From Antedon mediterranea (lineage: Eukaryota > Animalia > Echinodermata), in contig NC_092671.1 in assembly GCF_964355755.1 (NCBI RefSeq), positions 14,756,001 to 14,820,000 of the forward strand: a DNA stretch of 64,000 bases, written 5' to 3'. Shown in pieces: positions 52,871-64,000 of the stretch (positions are counted from its first letter, which is position 1; every line of letters starts with the position of its first letter). The notes under the pieces are model-generated. The model did no database searches. It was not told where the DNA came from and saw nothing but the letters and a program-made list of their open reading frames with translations. A program made the position numbers and the translations under genes.

Positions 52871-55800
52871 TAAACTTAAATAGTGCATATGTTGAGCTCA
52901 TCTTTGGAATGTTAGGATTTTGTATTTTGTTAGCTTTTGATTCAGATGGGAAGGAATAGATCATCTAATTATTTGAACTTTGACATGAATGGAACTGTTT
53001 AGTTGATTTAACTATATTGTTTTAATAATGACTTGGAAGTCTTTGGCCATTATTTTAAAATGGAAAAGTGGTTTTAAATTTTAATATATTAGGCCTATTT
53101 TAAATTTTGGTTGTTTTGCTTGTCAAATGCCATGGTACCTGAAATACATGTTAATTTGTTGTTTTGACATGCGATTCTGTCATCTTAAATTTTGGTTCCG
53201 CTACTGGTCCCCAAACATCTAAATTCTTAATAATAATAATATTTTCTCTGTGATCACAGCTATCAACTTATGATTTTAAGCACATTCTTCATCTCATCAA
53301 CAATACTAACATTGAACATTCCAAAATATCACCAAATCTGTAAGTGTAAGATGTTTTTTGACATTCCTAGAAATCAACTCTTGATTAGTAACTTTCGATT
53401 TTCATTCCCACATGACTAACATAATCCCCTTGTAAATTCAACATTTACTTCCTAGTTCTCTAATGTAGGCCTATAAAAATGAGTGATAAAAATGTGTTCT
53501 GTATCTCTCCCTTCTCATCTCCACACTGCCTCAATTATTGCTTCAGTTTTTTTTATATATGTACTTTTTTTCCTTTTATACAATAGTTGTTCTCACTTTC
53601 CGACGTTGAGACGTTGGAATGTTGTAAAGTAGGCCAAACATAATGTAGTATGTCTTCATTCCAATGGGAACCCTCCTACTTCAACTTAATACTCTTAATT
53701 ATGAACATTCTTTTCATGTATAGAAATCATATTCTTTTGTCAAGAGTCACAGTCTGATTGTGATACCCCAGCTGTGATCAAAATCACATATCAGTGCTAT
53801 CAAAAAATGAAAGAATGCATAAATAGAATAATCTGGATACAAATAAAGGGATGGCCCTGTTTAACAGGATGTTATACCCTGGATGATTTGGCGGTTGTCT
53901 GTCCACATACAACATAGCAACAAAGACTAAATTAGATTTGGCCTTAAGAGAAGAAAAGAGGATTTGTGTATAGATCCGACACGTGGAGAAGGCGGGGCTA
54001 GCTAGCATTAAACTTGAAAACCACTGAAGCAGAACATTTTGGTGTATGATTGATCTATTAGGATATCCATTTGGGATTTAGATGAACACTCAAGGATAAC
54101 TATATTGGCTTTGTACCCCTTTATAACTATATAGCATAACACTTTTGAAAACAAATATGACAATATAGATTAATAAGTTAAATTGAAATAAACACATGTT
54201 ACTATTGTTAGTATAGTAAGGACACATGCGATTTCTTAAGTAAGAATGAACTTGCCAGTCAGTCACCTTTTTGTTAAATTTCTAAAATTAATTTAATTGC
54301 ATGTTCGACCTCACCAGCTGTTGTGGTCCTTGATTACATCATGTATCTACCTATTACCAATAAATTATGTTGGTGGAAGTCCACTTGCATTCAGCCCCAC
54401 CCCCTCCTTTTTTTCTCCCTTTTTAAGAATATTAAGAAATATGAAAAAGGGCTTCAAGAAAATAATTAATGGAGGAAGATTCTTAACACCTCCTTCTCCC
54501 TCCTAATATTCTGCATCAACCTCTTCAGCCCTTTTTTATTGAATTAATACAAAAATTACATCAAAAAGGAGGAGAGTAGAATATTGTTAGGGCTGCCATG
54601 TAAAATCCATCAATGAGAATTTCTTTAATTGTTTCACTAACCTAGTTGGTATGAAATGATCTGTTTTAAAATACTTCTCTAAACTATTTTCCTTGCCATT
54701 AGAAACAGGCCATTGTTTGTTATCCTATTTCTAATTACTTGGAGTTTGTTTACATTCTTGTGGTCAGCCTTCACAAATGAAACCAATTAGGTTAATTATG
54801 GTCAAATTAAATGACCCAGGTATAATGACTTACCCAAAGGACTAAAACATCACATTAATTTTCAATTAAAATTACTTTTTAAGTGTCCTACTAAGATGTT
54901 TAAGCCCACCTTCAAAGTTTGAAGCGATTTTCATTCATAATTCATATAGGTGCCATTTCTACATGTTTGTCTTTTTTATCATTATATCATCAGTATGTAT
55001 CTTTATGTATCATTTCACTATCTATTTTAACATATAAATGTTGTAATGACCAGATTACAAATATTAATGAACAACAAGACTTTTCAATTATCATAAGATT
55101 ATTACCGGTAATAAATTATTTTTATTGATCAGATGATCAAAAGAAGCATTTAATATTATTTTTTATTTTCTTTTGGAATATAATCAGCAGATGTTACAAA
55201 AATCATCATATTTTTTCATGTGAAATAATTTTTTTTTTGGCAATTAGTGATTTACTTTACCAATGAGTAACTTCAATTTCAGTCTATTGTCAAGGCTTTT
55301 TTACACCACTACTAACACGAGCCATGGGAAAATATATTTTTCATGTAAAAAAATTGAATGAAAATCATTTGATAAGTAAACATTACTAATTGCAAGATTT
55401 GTGTGTATTGTGAAAGAACGTTCGTTGAAACATGTTAAATAGATGGTCAAGTTTACTTCACTATGCTTCAGTTAATATTTTGAACTGTAGTCAGTTACTG
55501 TGCGTAAATAAAAGATGATTGCAAAAAAAAGTTTTATCCATGATTTAACAATTAATTTCTGCACAATTAATTGATAAAAATTATTTCTTTTTTTGTTGAT
55601 TTAAAATATTATTGTGGCATGGTGATTTCCCATCTTACTTAAGACATGTTATATGCGTAAGTTATATTCACTGATGCGAGTATCATTAGTGATTTTTGTC
55701 CTTTGTGAGGCAAGTGCCTTGGCAGGCAGCCCACGAACGGTACAACTGGTTCTTCATTAGTAGTGCGCCAGTAATGGGTTTTATCAATTAAACCTTTTGA

Positions 55801-56202
55801 GCATTTGTTTTGAGTAGTTACACTATTTTACACCTGTGATTATGCTTATACAGCAGGCTGTACTTAAGTCAACATCCAGAGATAATTGTTGCTAATAAAT
55901 GGTTATTGAACTATTCAAAGGTTTTGTTAGGAAGTTTTGTGCCGCATAAGAGAGCTTGCGTGTGGCTGCGGATTAAGGGAACCCAGCCAACTTGGACCCC
56001 CTCTGTAAGAGTTTGCCTGAAGCCTCAGGAAACATACATAACATTGCACATTTGACTGGTAATTGTATTGTTGTTGTGCATTAAATGCTTATTTTAAAAT
56101 TAATCCTTTTGAGCAATAGCATCAATCCCCCATGATGCCAAATAAACAAAACTAAAATATGGTTTCTGATATTATTATTACAATTACATTAAGCTATTGC
56201 TT

Positions 56203-57767
56203 TTTGGTTATCCGCAACGAAGTTGCAGGATAACCTCTTGTGATTGTACGAAATCATTCTGTATGATTTTTGTGTAACGCTTTTCTCTAAAACTCGCAAA
56301 CATAACATTTCGGTAACTATCTTAACATATTGACATTTACGTAACGTCGTCAAGCGAAGCTTTTCATGACGTTTACAATTGCGCAACGTGACTTACGCGC
56401 GATTTAACGATTTTGTCGTATTTAACATAGCTCGACAACCAAATAACATTTCAACTTGAAACTTTGCAAAAGTTTAATTTATATCATGCGCTAACTTTCT
56501 GTTGAAAAAAAATTCCGTGTTTTACACAAAGTTAGGCGCGCACGCGCATTTAAAATTTCAAAATGCGCAAAATTAATTTCTAATCAACTTTCTACGCGTT
56601 TCATGTCGTTTTAAGCATGTCAAAAATTCCCACGCGTGCGCACATTTTTACGTGTGCGGTGCGCACGTAGTATTGAAAACGTATTTTTTTCGCGTGATTT
56701 ATGTTTTTCCAGCCTTTTCTAGTAATTTTACAAAATGTTAAACAATTTCGACTTAAAGATACGTCATACGAGCACGTCGAATTGGACAATTTGCGCGCGT
56801 TTCTTATGAAAAGGTTAAAAAATTCGTTTAAAATATGCCTTTTTTTAAACAGTCGTAATTTCTAAACTAGACGGTCAACTTTTTATGGATGGCATATTCT
56901 GGAAGTAGATGAGTTGTAGATATCGGATCAGGTATTAATATGGCTAACCAGACATTGTGACGTCATCGTATGGCCACGCGAATATAAAATTTAGGATTTT
57001 TGTATCTTTCGTCATAGCTCATCACATTGAATAGAGCGCATCTCCACTTATCCGTTTTTCATTTTCACCCCGATTTTGATATTGTCTGGGTCAATCAACT
57101 ATCTTTCGCATGAGTAAAAAATATTTTAATTTTTTTGACGTCATCATGCCTAAAAATTTAAATCACGTGTGGCATCAATTTCATCTTTACAGTAAATTTT
57201 AATCTGTTATAGCTCGTAAGAATAAAATGTGATAATCACGATTAAAACTTTTTCTGGAAGCTATTGGATTGTAGATACGAAATTATGTAAAAATGTTGCC
57301 AATCGGATGTTGTGACGTCATCATATGGCCAGTTAAATAAAAAAGGTCGTATTTTCATCTTTTGCGTCATAATTCATTACATTTAAAAGAGCGCGCATCA
57401 ATATTTCACGTATTCAAATTTCTTCTACACGCTAATACGTTGTTGCTGAGATAATTTCCTTTCGGAATTGCTACCTTCGCGTTTCATTTTAAAACCGTCA
57501 ACATGTTAAAAATTGCAATAAATAGCGGGTCCCGTAATTTCACCTATTCTACACTGTATGTGATATGGATACAGATTATACTGTGTATACTATATATGAA
57601 TTTAAATAATAAAATTCAGCAATAACAACATATCATATTCTTCAGTTCAGGTCATAATGCCAACGTGAACACTTCCTTTTGTCCTCAACCTATCCCCTTA
57701 ATGTTAATGTTGCACCACTTGCGCGGCGGATAACCAAACTCGTCAAAGTGACGAGTTACATGTCTAG
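56203..57767 (+). mobile_element. Full-length non-autonomous Helentron/DINE-1-like element, family A (~1.56 kb)
   Basis: 5' subTIR tttggttatccgc with nearby partial inverse ggataacc, 3' subTIR gcggataaccaaa, hairpin aactcgtca-aag-tgacgagtt, CTAG end, T-rich insertion site without TSD, internal duplicated tgtgacgtcatc.tatggcca block. Confidence 0.86.
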
Positions 57768-59062
57768 TTAGAAATTGTATGGGTTCAACTTTAACAATGT
57801 AGGGGGACATCCCAATCCCCCTTAATATGTTCCTTCCGGATCTCTTGTTTGTATCAGGAATTTACTTTTGTTACTTTCGTTGGAAAAAGAGGAATTGTGT
57901 TATATACCTAAAATATATGCTTACCTCATCTAAATATGTAGTATGCGTAATTCTTCTATGTTTTTCAGTAGCAGAAGCCTATAAATAAGCCCAGCCATTT
58001 AAAATAGCAAAAACTTTAAGACTCTTGAGCAGTAATCCTAATGGACACTATAGAAAAAATAGTCAGTTTATCTGAATTTTAATCAGTTATTTGTAATACA
58101 ATTATTTATTCAGACTTTTGGTAAACTTTATTCTTTGCTCACCTTCACTTATGAACTTAATTGTGTTCATTTCTTTTCTTTGAATTGGACTTTTTTTTAT
58201 TAATTCCATATGAAAATTTATCTGATGCATCCGTTCATTGTATCTAAGTTCTTGACATTACAAATAGCCAGAAGACTAGCATATCAAATTACGCATATCA
58301 CCAGAGAAATATCTTACGATTACGAACATCTTAAGATGAAGGGGTTCTTTTTGTACCTTTGATTATTTAAAGGCTGCCTACCAGCTGTATGATATTCTAG
58401 CTTAGGACGTGTGGCAATCTATTGTCTACAAAAATATTTATCTTTTGATTTCATCTTTTGACAATAGGGGTCGCGTGCCTTAAGTTGATGTGTACTTAAG
58501 ACTTAAAAAACTGGACTTCCATTCTTTCAGTAATCACACACCTGCAGTATAGATGTATAGATAATGAACTTCACAGGAGAATTTATGCGAGTTCCTATGC
58601 TCTGTTGATTTTGCCAAGAGCGTAGTAAAGTCTTTTCAATTCAAAGAGTATTGGAATCTGAGACTATTGAGACAGGAGGGAGAGAAGGCAGGTGTGTAGC
58701 TACTACAATTTTACTTACGGAATGCTTCCATATTTGTTGTATTTGTGCAAACAAACCTCAGGATGGAGAAGCAAGTTTATGTAACAGCTTCTGTAGGCCT
58801 GGTTCACATTCACAATTGATCATGATGAAGCCACTCATTTTATGTAAACCTAAAATGATCAAATAACATATCACCTTAACATAATCTATTGGAACATTAT
58901 TGAGAAACATGATTAACTAGAATGTGATAAATGGATTCATAAAAACAATAAACCAACCAGCATTTTATTTAAAGTTCCTTTTGATGATAGATCATGATAT
59001 CTAAGTTAGTCAGTTACCAGGCCTGAATTTTCAGTTTTCAGCATGCCCAAAAAATTATCTTA

Positions 59063-59213
59063 AGCTCTGTCTACACTATCAAACGTTATGTGACAAAAAA
59101 ATGTGATGTGCCCATATATGGACATGATGATGTCATATCACTACCATATTTAAGCATATCACTACCATATTTGGGCACATCAAACTTTTTTGTTTGATAG
59201 TGTAGACAGAGCT
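59063..59213. mobile_element. 151-bp PIF/Harbinger-type MITE, same family as 2094-2170
   Basis: Identical TIRs agctctgtctacactatcaaa, flanks tta/taa, internal duplication catatcactaccatattt. Confidence 0.85.
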
Positions 59214-62200
59214 TAAATTCTGCACTATACTAATTTCTATCCAACATGAAGACACCAAAAGTTTAATTTTACTAGGGTAGGGCATAATTATCAGTCAAAA
59301 AAAACTTATAATTGTAACTAATGCATTTAAAAAAATTGTTTTAACGATTTTAATCAAACTTTATGCACATGTTCAGGTGAACAATTCCCCAATTATGGAG
59401 TTGCAAGGTGTGAGGTGTAACTGAACTTTTTCCTTTCAATTTGTAAATGTCCATTGTTACCTATTGTTTGCAAAAAAGTTTTCTTATGGTTTTATGTATG
59501 CAATAAAATGCTATTAAATGAATTGAATACATTTTTTACACCTTATTTGTTTTTCGTATTCATTCATTAAAAAGAGGTATAAAATAAATCTGTGAAGTAC
59601 TGAACAATAAAGTAATTTGAAACGTACTTTAAATAGTTAAATAATAGAAGTTGACTGGTGGCATACTTATATTGTTTGTTGTATTTTTTTGTACTGCCAA
59701 TCAGGAGGAATTCCTACACACATATCTTACAGCTGTATCCCAGATTTTTTAAATAAGGCGGAGCTTAACACTTTCTTATGCAAATTAATAACCCCTTTCA
59801 CTGTTAAAAATTACTTTTGTTTGTTTAAGTTATTTGTTGTTGGTGATAATTATGGGAGGAGCCGTGATCACGTCTCCCCTACTACTGTATTCCATTCCGA
59901 TATTAAAATTTATTTTGTTTCGAATTTTTTTTTTCCTGAATGAAACGGTCAATAAAACTGAATTATGCTAATTAATGTTAGCTGATTCATTATTCATCAA
60001 CTTTTTAAAAATGAGTACTGTATTGTCTTTGTTCGGGGTACAAGGTTAATATTTTTATGTTTCTTAACATTACATAAACACTGTATATATTTACCCCATA
60101 CATTGTCAAACCAGAGGAAGATCTTCAACAGAAGTGGGGCAACAAGTTACATAAGTTGTTGGTTTTGTCATTTAGTTGTAAAACTTTAAATTAAATTATG
60201 TCTTATATATTAAAATAATTTGTCAAGGTTATGTAATAATTGCTATGATGATTTGTAGTGACAAGTTAATTTGATTTTTGTTGTCAGCATATTTATTCAT
60301 ATTCTATTAATTGTCTATAAGTAGGTCAATCACTTAAGTTATCATAATTCTTTATAATGCATAATTACATATTGTTTAAAGCAACTGATTTTTTTGTATT
60401 AGATAGGAAATGCATTATGTTAGTGTGTAGGGGGAAGGGAGAAATTTTAGTTTCCTTTTGTATATTTCCACTGCTCATCAGATCAATTAGATTTAAAACT
60501 GAAGATTTAGTGATCGTCGTGTTTAATATAAGTTTTATTAAATCAATAATTAGTGGTTTATAAGTAGACGGAGCTGGTGTGAGCTGTTAATTTTATGATA
60601 GCAATAGTATTTTGTAGACTGAGATTGTATGAAGGAAACTTTTATGAAGGTTTGATGTATAGTACTAACGTCTCAAATTATCCTAAACCTAAATAAATCC
60701 CAAGAGAAATAGATGATCTTTTGTTAAAGGTGTCCCGTCAAAATGCTATTTTTATATCGTTTGTTTGTACTTCCTGGCTACCACAGAACATTGGCGACTG
60801 ACAAAATTGAGTGTTATCCCAGACTTTTACTCATTTGTCAGACAAAAAATATAGAGACCCTGGTACAGGAAAAAAAAGATTACCCGGATTACAAAAAGCC
60901 AATCAGTAAAAATATATAAGTTGATTGATATTGATAGGTTAATACTGTATCTTCTTTGTTGTGAGCTTTCTTCAAGGTGTAAATTAGGTTCAACAAAAAT
61001 TGGAAAGGAAACGCAATTAGATAAGAACAATTTATGAAACAATTAATTACACACGTTATCTAACTGGATTACACATGATTAAACTCAATTTTCTCTCAAT
61101 CTTCTTGAATAATTTTGCCTTTAATCATATCATCACCACCAACATTTTACTGTATATACAGTACTGAAAATCGATAGTACTGTATGTCCCTATCTGGCCC
61201 CTCATTTATAACCTGGTGTGTGCACAACACTGCCCTCTTAAAAGTTTGTGGGTATAAATAGGATACTTTAAAGGAGGGTAGATATTGCAAATGTACATCG
61301 CATCAGCGAGTTGTCTCTTCAGGATATTGTACGGAAGGCCCAGCTAAATTCTCTGCACTCTATCACAACACATGAACCACCAGGAATGCACCACATACTG
61401 TTCCACTATACATTCCCTATAATTGGAGGTATTGTAATGTAGATCAGTCAAATAGTAAATGTTCAACATTGTACCAGCAGAAGATCTTGCACCTCATTAT
61501 TCTACCCCCTTACTCCCCCAAAAAGTTAACCCCTTAATTCAAACCACAGATGGCTACTAGTGTGGTTTTTTTACCTTTTAAACAAAACAATATCTCTTTG
61601 ATTAGTATCAACCCATTTTCTCATTAAAATTGAACTTATTTAATTTTAATCAATTATAATTTGTCCATGGAAACCAACCCTTGTGGGATAATTCAGATTC
61701 ATGAATGAAAACCTACTGTATTCTACCATCAATAGAGTATATCCCCTCTGGCCATTTTTAAAGTTCATCAAAGCCAAACAGAATTTTCTCTTTTTTAATC
61801 CATCGAAGCATAATGAGCATTTCCGTTTCTTCTCTGACTGATTTTTGTTGAAGGAAATGTTTTAAGGAGACATGCGTTGTAGGCAGCTGGAAGGAGGATG
61901 ATATTGAGTGGCAGTAACAACATTTTAAGCAGCTGATATGAATCCTCTTTTGTTTTCCAATAGGAAGTGTTCCCAGTTGCTGCTCTTTAATCTCATCCTG
62001 GACATTTTTAATTTAATTCATAGAATCAATGACCTTTGATCTACAAATATCAGTTTTGTTTCAAATTAAGCTAGTGTAAATGTCAAAGAGATCTATGGTG
62101 TTTTCCTTACAAACCTAAATGTATGACCTGCAGTATCCCTTTCTCCCTTCCCTGAAGCTCACTCAGAATGTTGTTTACATTTTTTGTTGCTAGATATTAC

Positions 62201-64000
62201 CAAACTATCACCAACTTTAAGATAAATGTTGTTGATACAGTATTTTAAAAGATGTTGTTTAACTATCTGTCAAATAGTGTTTAGTTTACCCACAAAGTTT
62301 TAACACTTGCTTGTATACTCTCTAGTCATCATCATTACAACCAAACTGGAAATAAATGACACCTCCTCACTCTTAATTCTCATCTTATTATGCAATACTT
62401 CCGTTCTAACATCACTTATCATCTGTATCATCGTTAATTATCTCCTTCCGGCTGTGAAAAATGTTGTGTTTAAAGGGAAAGTAGATTGTGAAGATGTGTT
62501 AAGTAATGATTGAATGTGTGTTATGGTAGTAACTCTTAATGAGCAATAAAGGAAATAGCTTTACTGTTTTCAGAATTAGACAGTTTGGATGAAATTTCAC
62601 TTTTCAAACATTCTGTTTTTTAATTAAATTTATCCAAAGTTTACTCTCCATAGGAAAACTTATTACTTAACTTTTTTAGTTGTCATTCTTCCTACTAAGC
62701 CCTTAACCAGGAGATGTTCAAGGGTTTGAATGCACCCCATTTTCCCTGAAGTTCCCTTTTCAATCTAGAGACCAGAAGTAGAAGTGATCGTAAATAGGCC
62801 TGGCTAAACTCATGAAGAGGACGGCCCCATCCCTACAATCCTGGTTATGGACTTACTCAAGAACACTAAATTGATTGACTACATCTTTTGTTAACATTTA
62901 ATGAACATTTTGCCAAAAACTTGTTCAAGAAAATAGTGTTGTTGTTTTAACAGAAACCAGATGTTTTAATATTGAACATCTTGTCCAAGAACAATATTTG
63001 TTTGTAACTCATAAGGGAAGAACTTGTGAGATATTGATTATCACAGGTTCACTTCCCCCTGGCAGTAATTTTAAAACGTGCGTTCCATAATTAATTATTA
63101 TTTTTCCTCTTTTTTTGTTAAGTTTTATGTTTAAATATTAACCCTGAATTATGTATTCATATTCAAGATATAAATTTATATAGTAGCACTCCCAAATTGC
63201 TAATATAAGCCATTTATGTATGCTTATTATGGCCTCTTTATTTCCCTTCTGCCAATTCCCATATTGGTCATAAAAATCAAATGTTTAAAGAAGTTGCCTG
63301 ACTTTTGTATCCAGCTTCACATAGTTCTTTAATCATCATTAGTTTTTATATTGATTTTAAAATAATATATAAAATCACAGTACAAAAAGTACAAAAATCA
63401 CAGTACAAAAAGTACAATACTGTACCGGTATTGTAGTTCCATTAAAAATGATGTTTTATGTATATTTATTTTGCTTTTAATTACATTACCTCATATTATA
63501 TTTGTTTAATGAATAATTTAATATCAATAATAAAATCAATTAATTATTAAATTACCAAGTTTTCCATGAATAAAAAAAACATAAACATCTGCGTTAGCTT
63601 CTTTGCAGATGTTTAAAAATTTGGAATTATTTTGTTGACAACTTTTAGCATGTTGTGATCAACAAGTTTCACCGTTCATATTGAATTCATACGAACTGGA
63701 AATAAAAACAAACTTGAACAGTGTCTTAATGATGGCCCAGGTGTATATTTACTAATTATTTCATTAACTGTAACAGTTTACTGAAAACTGAGAACTTCAA
63801 ATTAGATTTACATTGCTTCTTTAAGACATTGCCGAGTTGATTTACAAATTGCTTTATGTACCGTGATTTATCTTTTGTATGACAATTTCATAATTCATTG
63901 TTAAACTTCATTATTACAGCTTAAAATTGAAATGCAATATTTAAATCGACAGCAACGGGTGATTAAAATCTTGATTTCAGTGGTCTTTCATTTCATAAAA

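Noticed and set aside
63371-63416. 22-bp direct duplication (similar small duplications near 5335/5473 and 25901)
   Set aside because: Ordinary local duplications with no further structure.

Overview
AT-rich animal genomic DNA with spliceosomal GT-AG introns, probably a marine invertebrate (taxon is inference only); there is no prokaryotic gene system. Positions 1957-14255 (+) hold 23 coding exons of a two-pore channel 2 (TPCN2/TPC2) orthologue. Spliced by hand, they give a phase-consistent 2135-nt open frame of about 710 aa ending in TAG; the start-codon exon lies upstream of the window. The remaining ~50 kb has no recognisable host coding exon. Across the whole window, introns included, there are many non-autonomous transposons: two Helentron/DINE-1-like families (one apparently nested in itself), PIF/Harbinger MITEs and a Myb/SANT remnant, a Kolobok-like element, a MULE-like element, a Rex1/Babar LINE fragment, a 5S-rRNA-headed SINE and two minisatellites. 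The most notable items are a Penelope-type minimal hammerhead ribozyme antisense in a TPC2 intron, the 5S-derived SINE, a minisatellite grown from a MITE end, a probable 3'-UTR intron and a candidate orphan promoter near 52.8 kb. I found no convincing previously undescribed biological system. Nearly all ORFs in the supplied track are spurious or are fragments of TPC2 exons.
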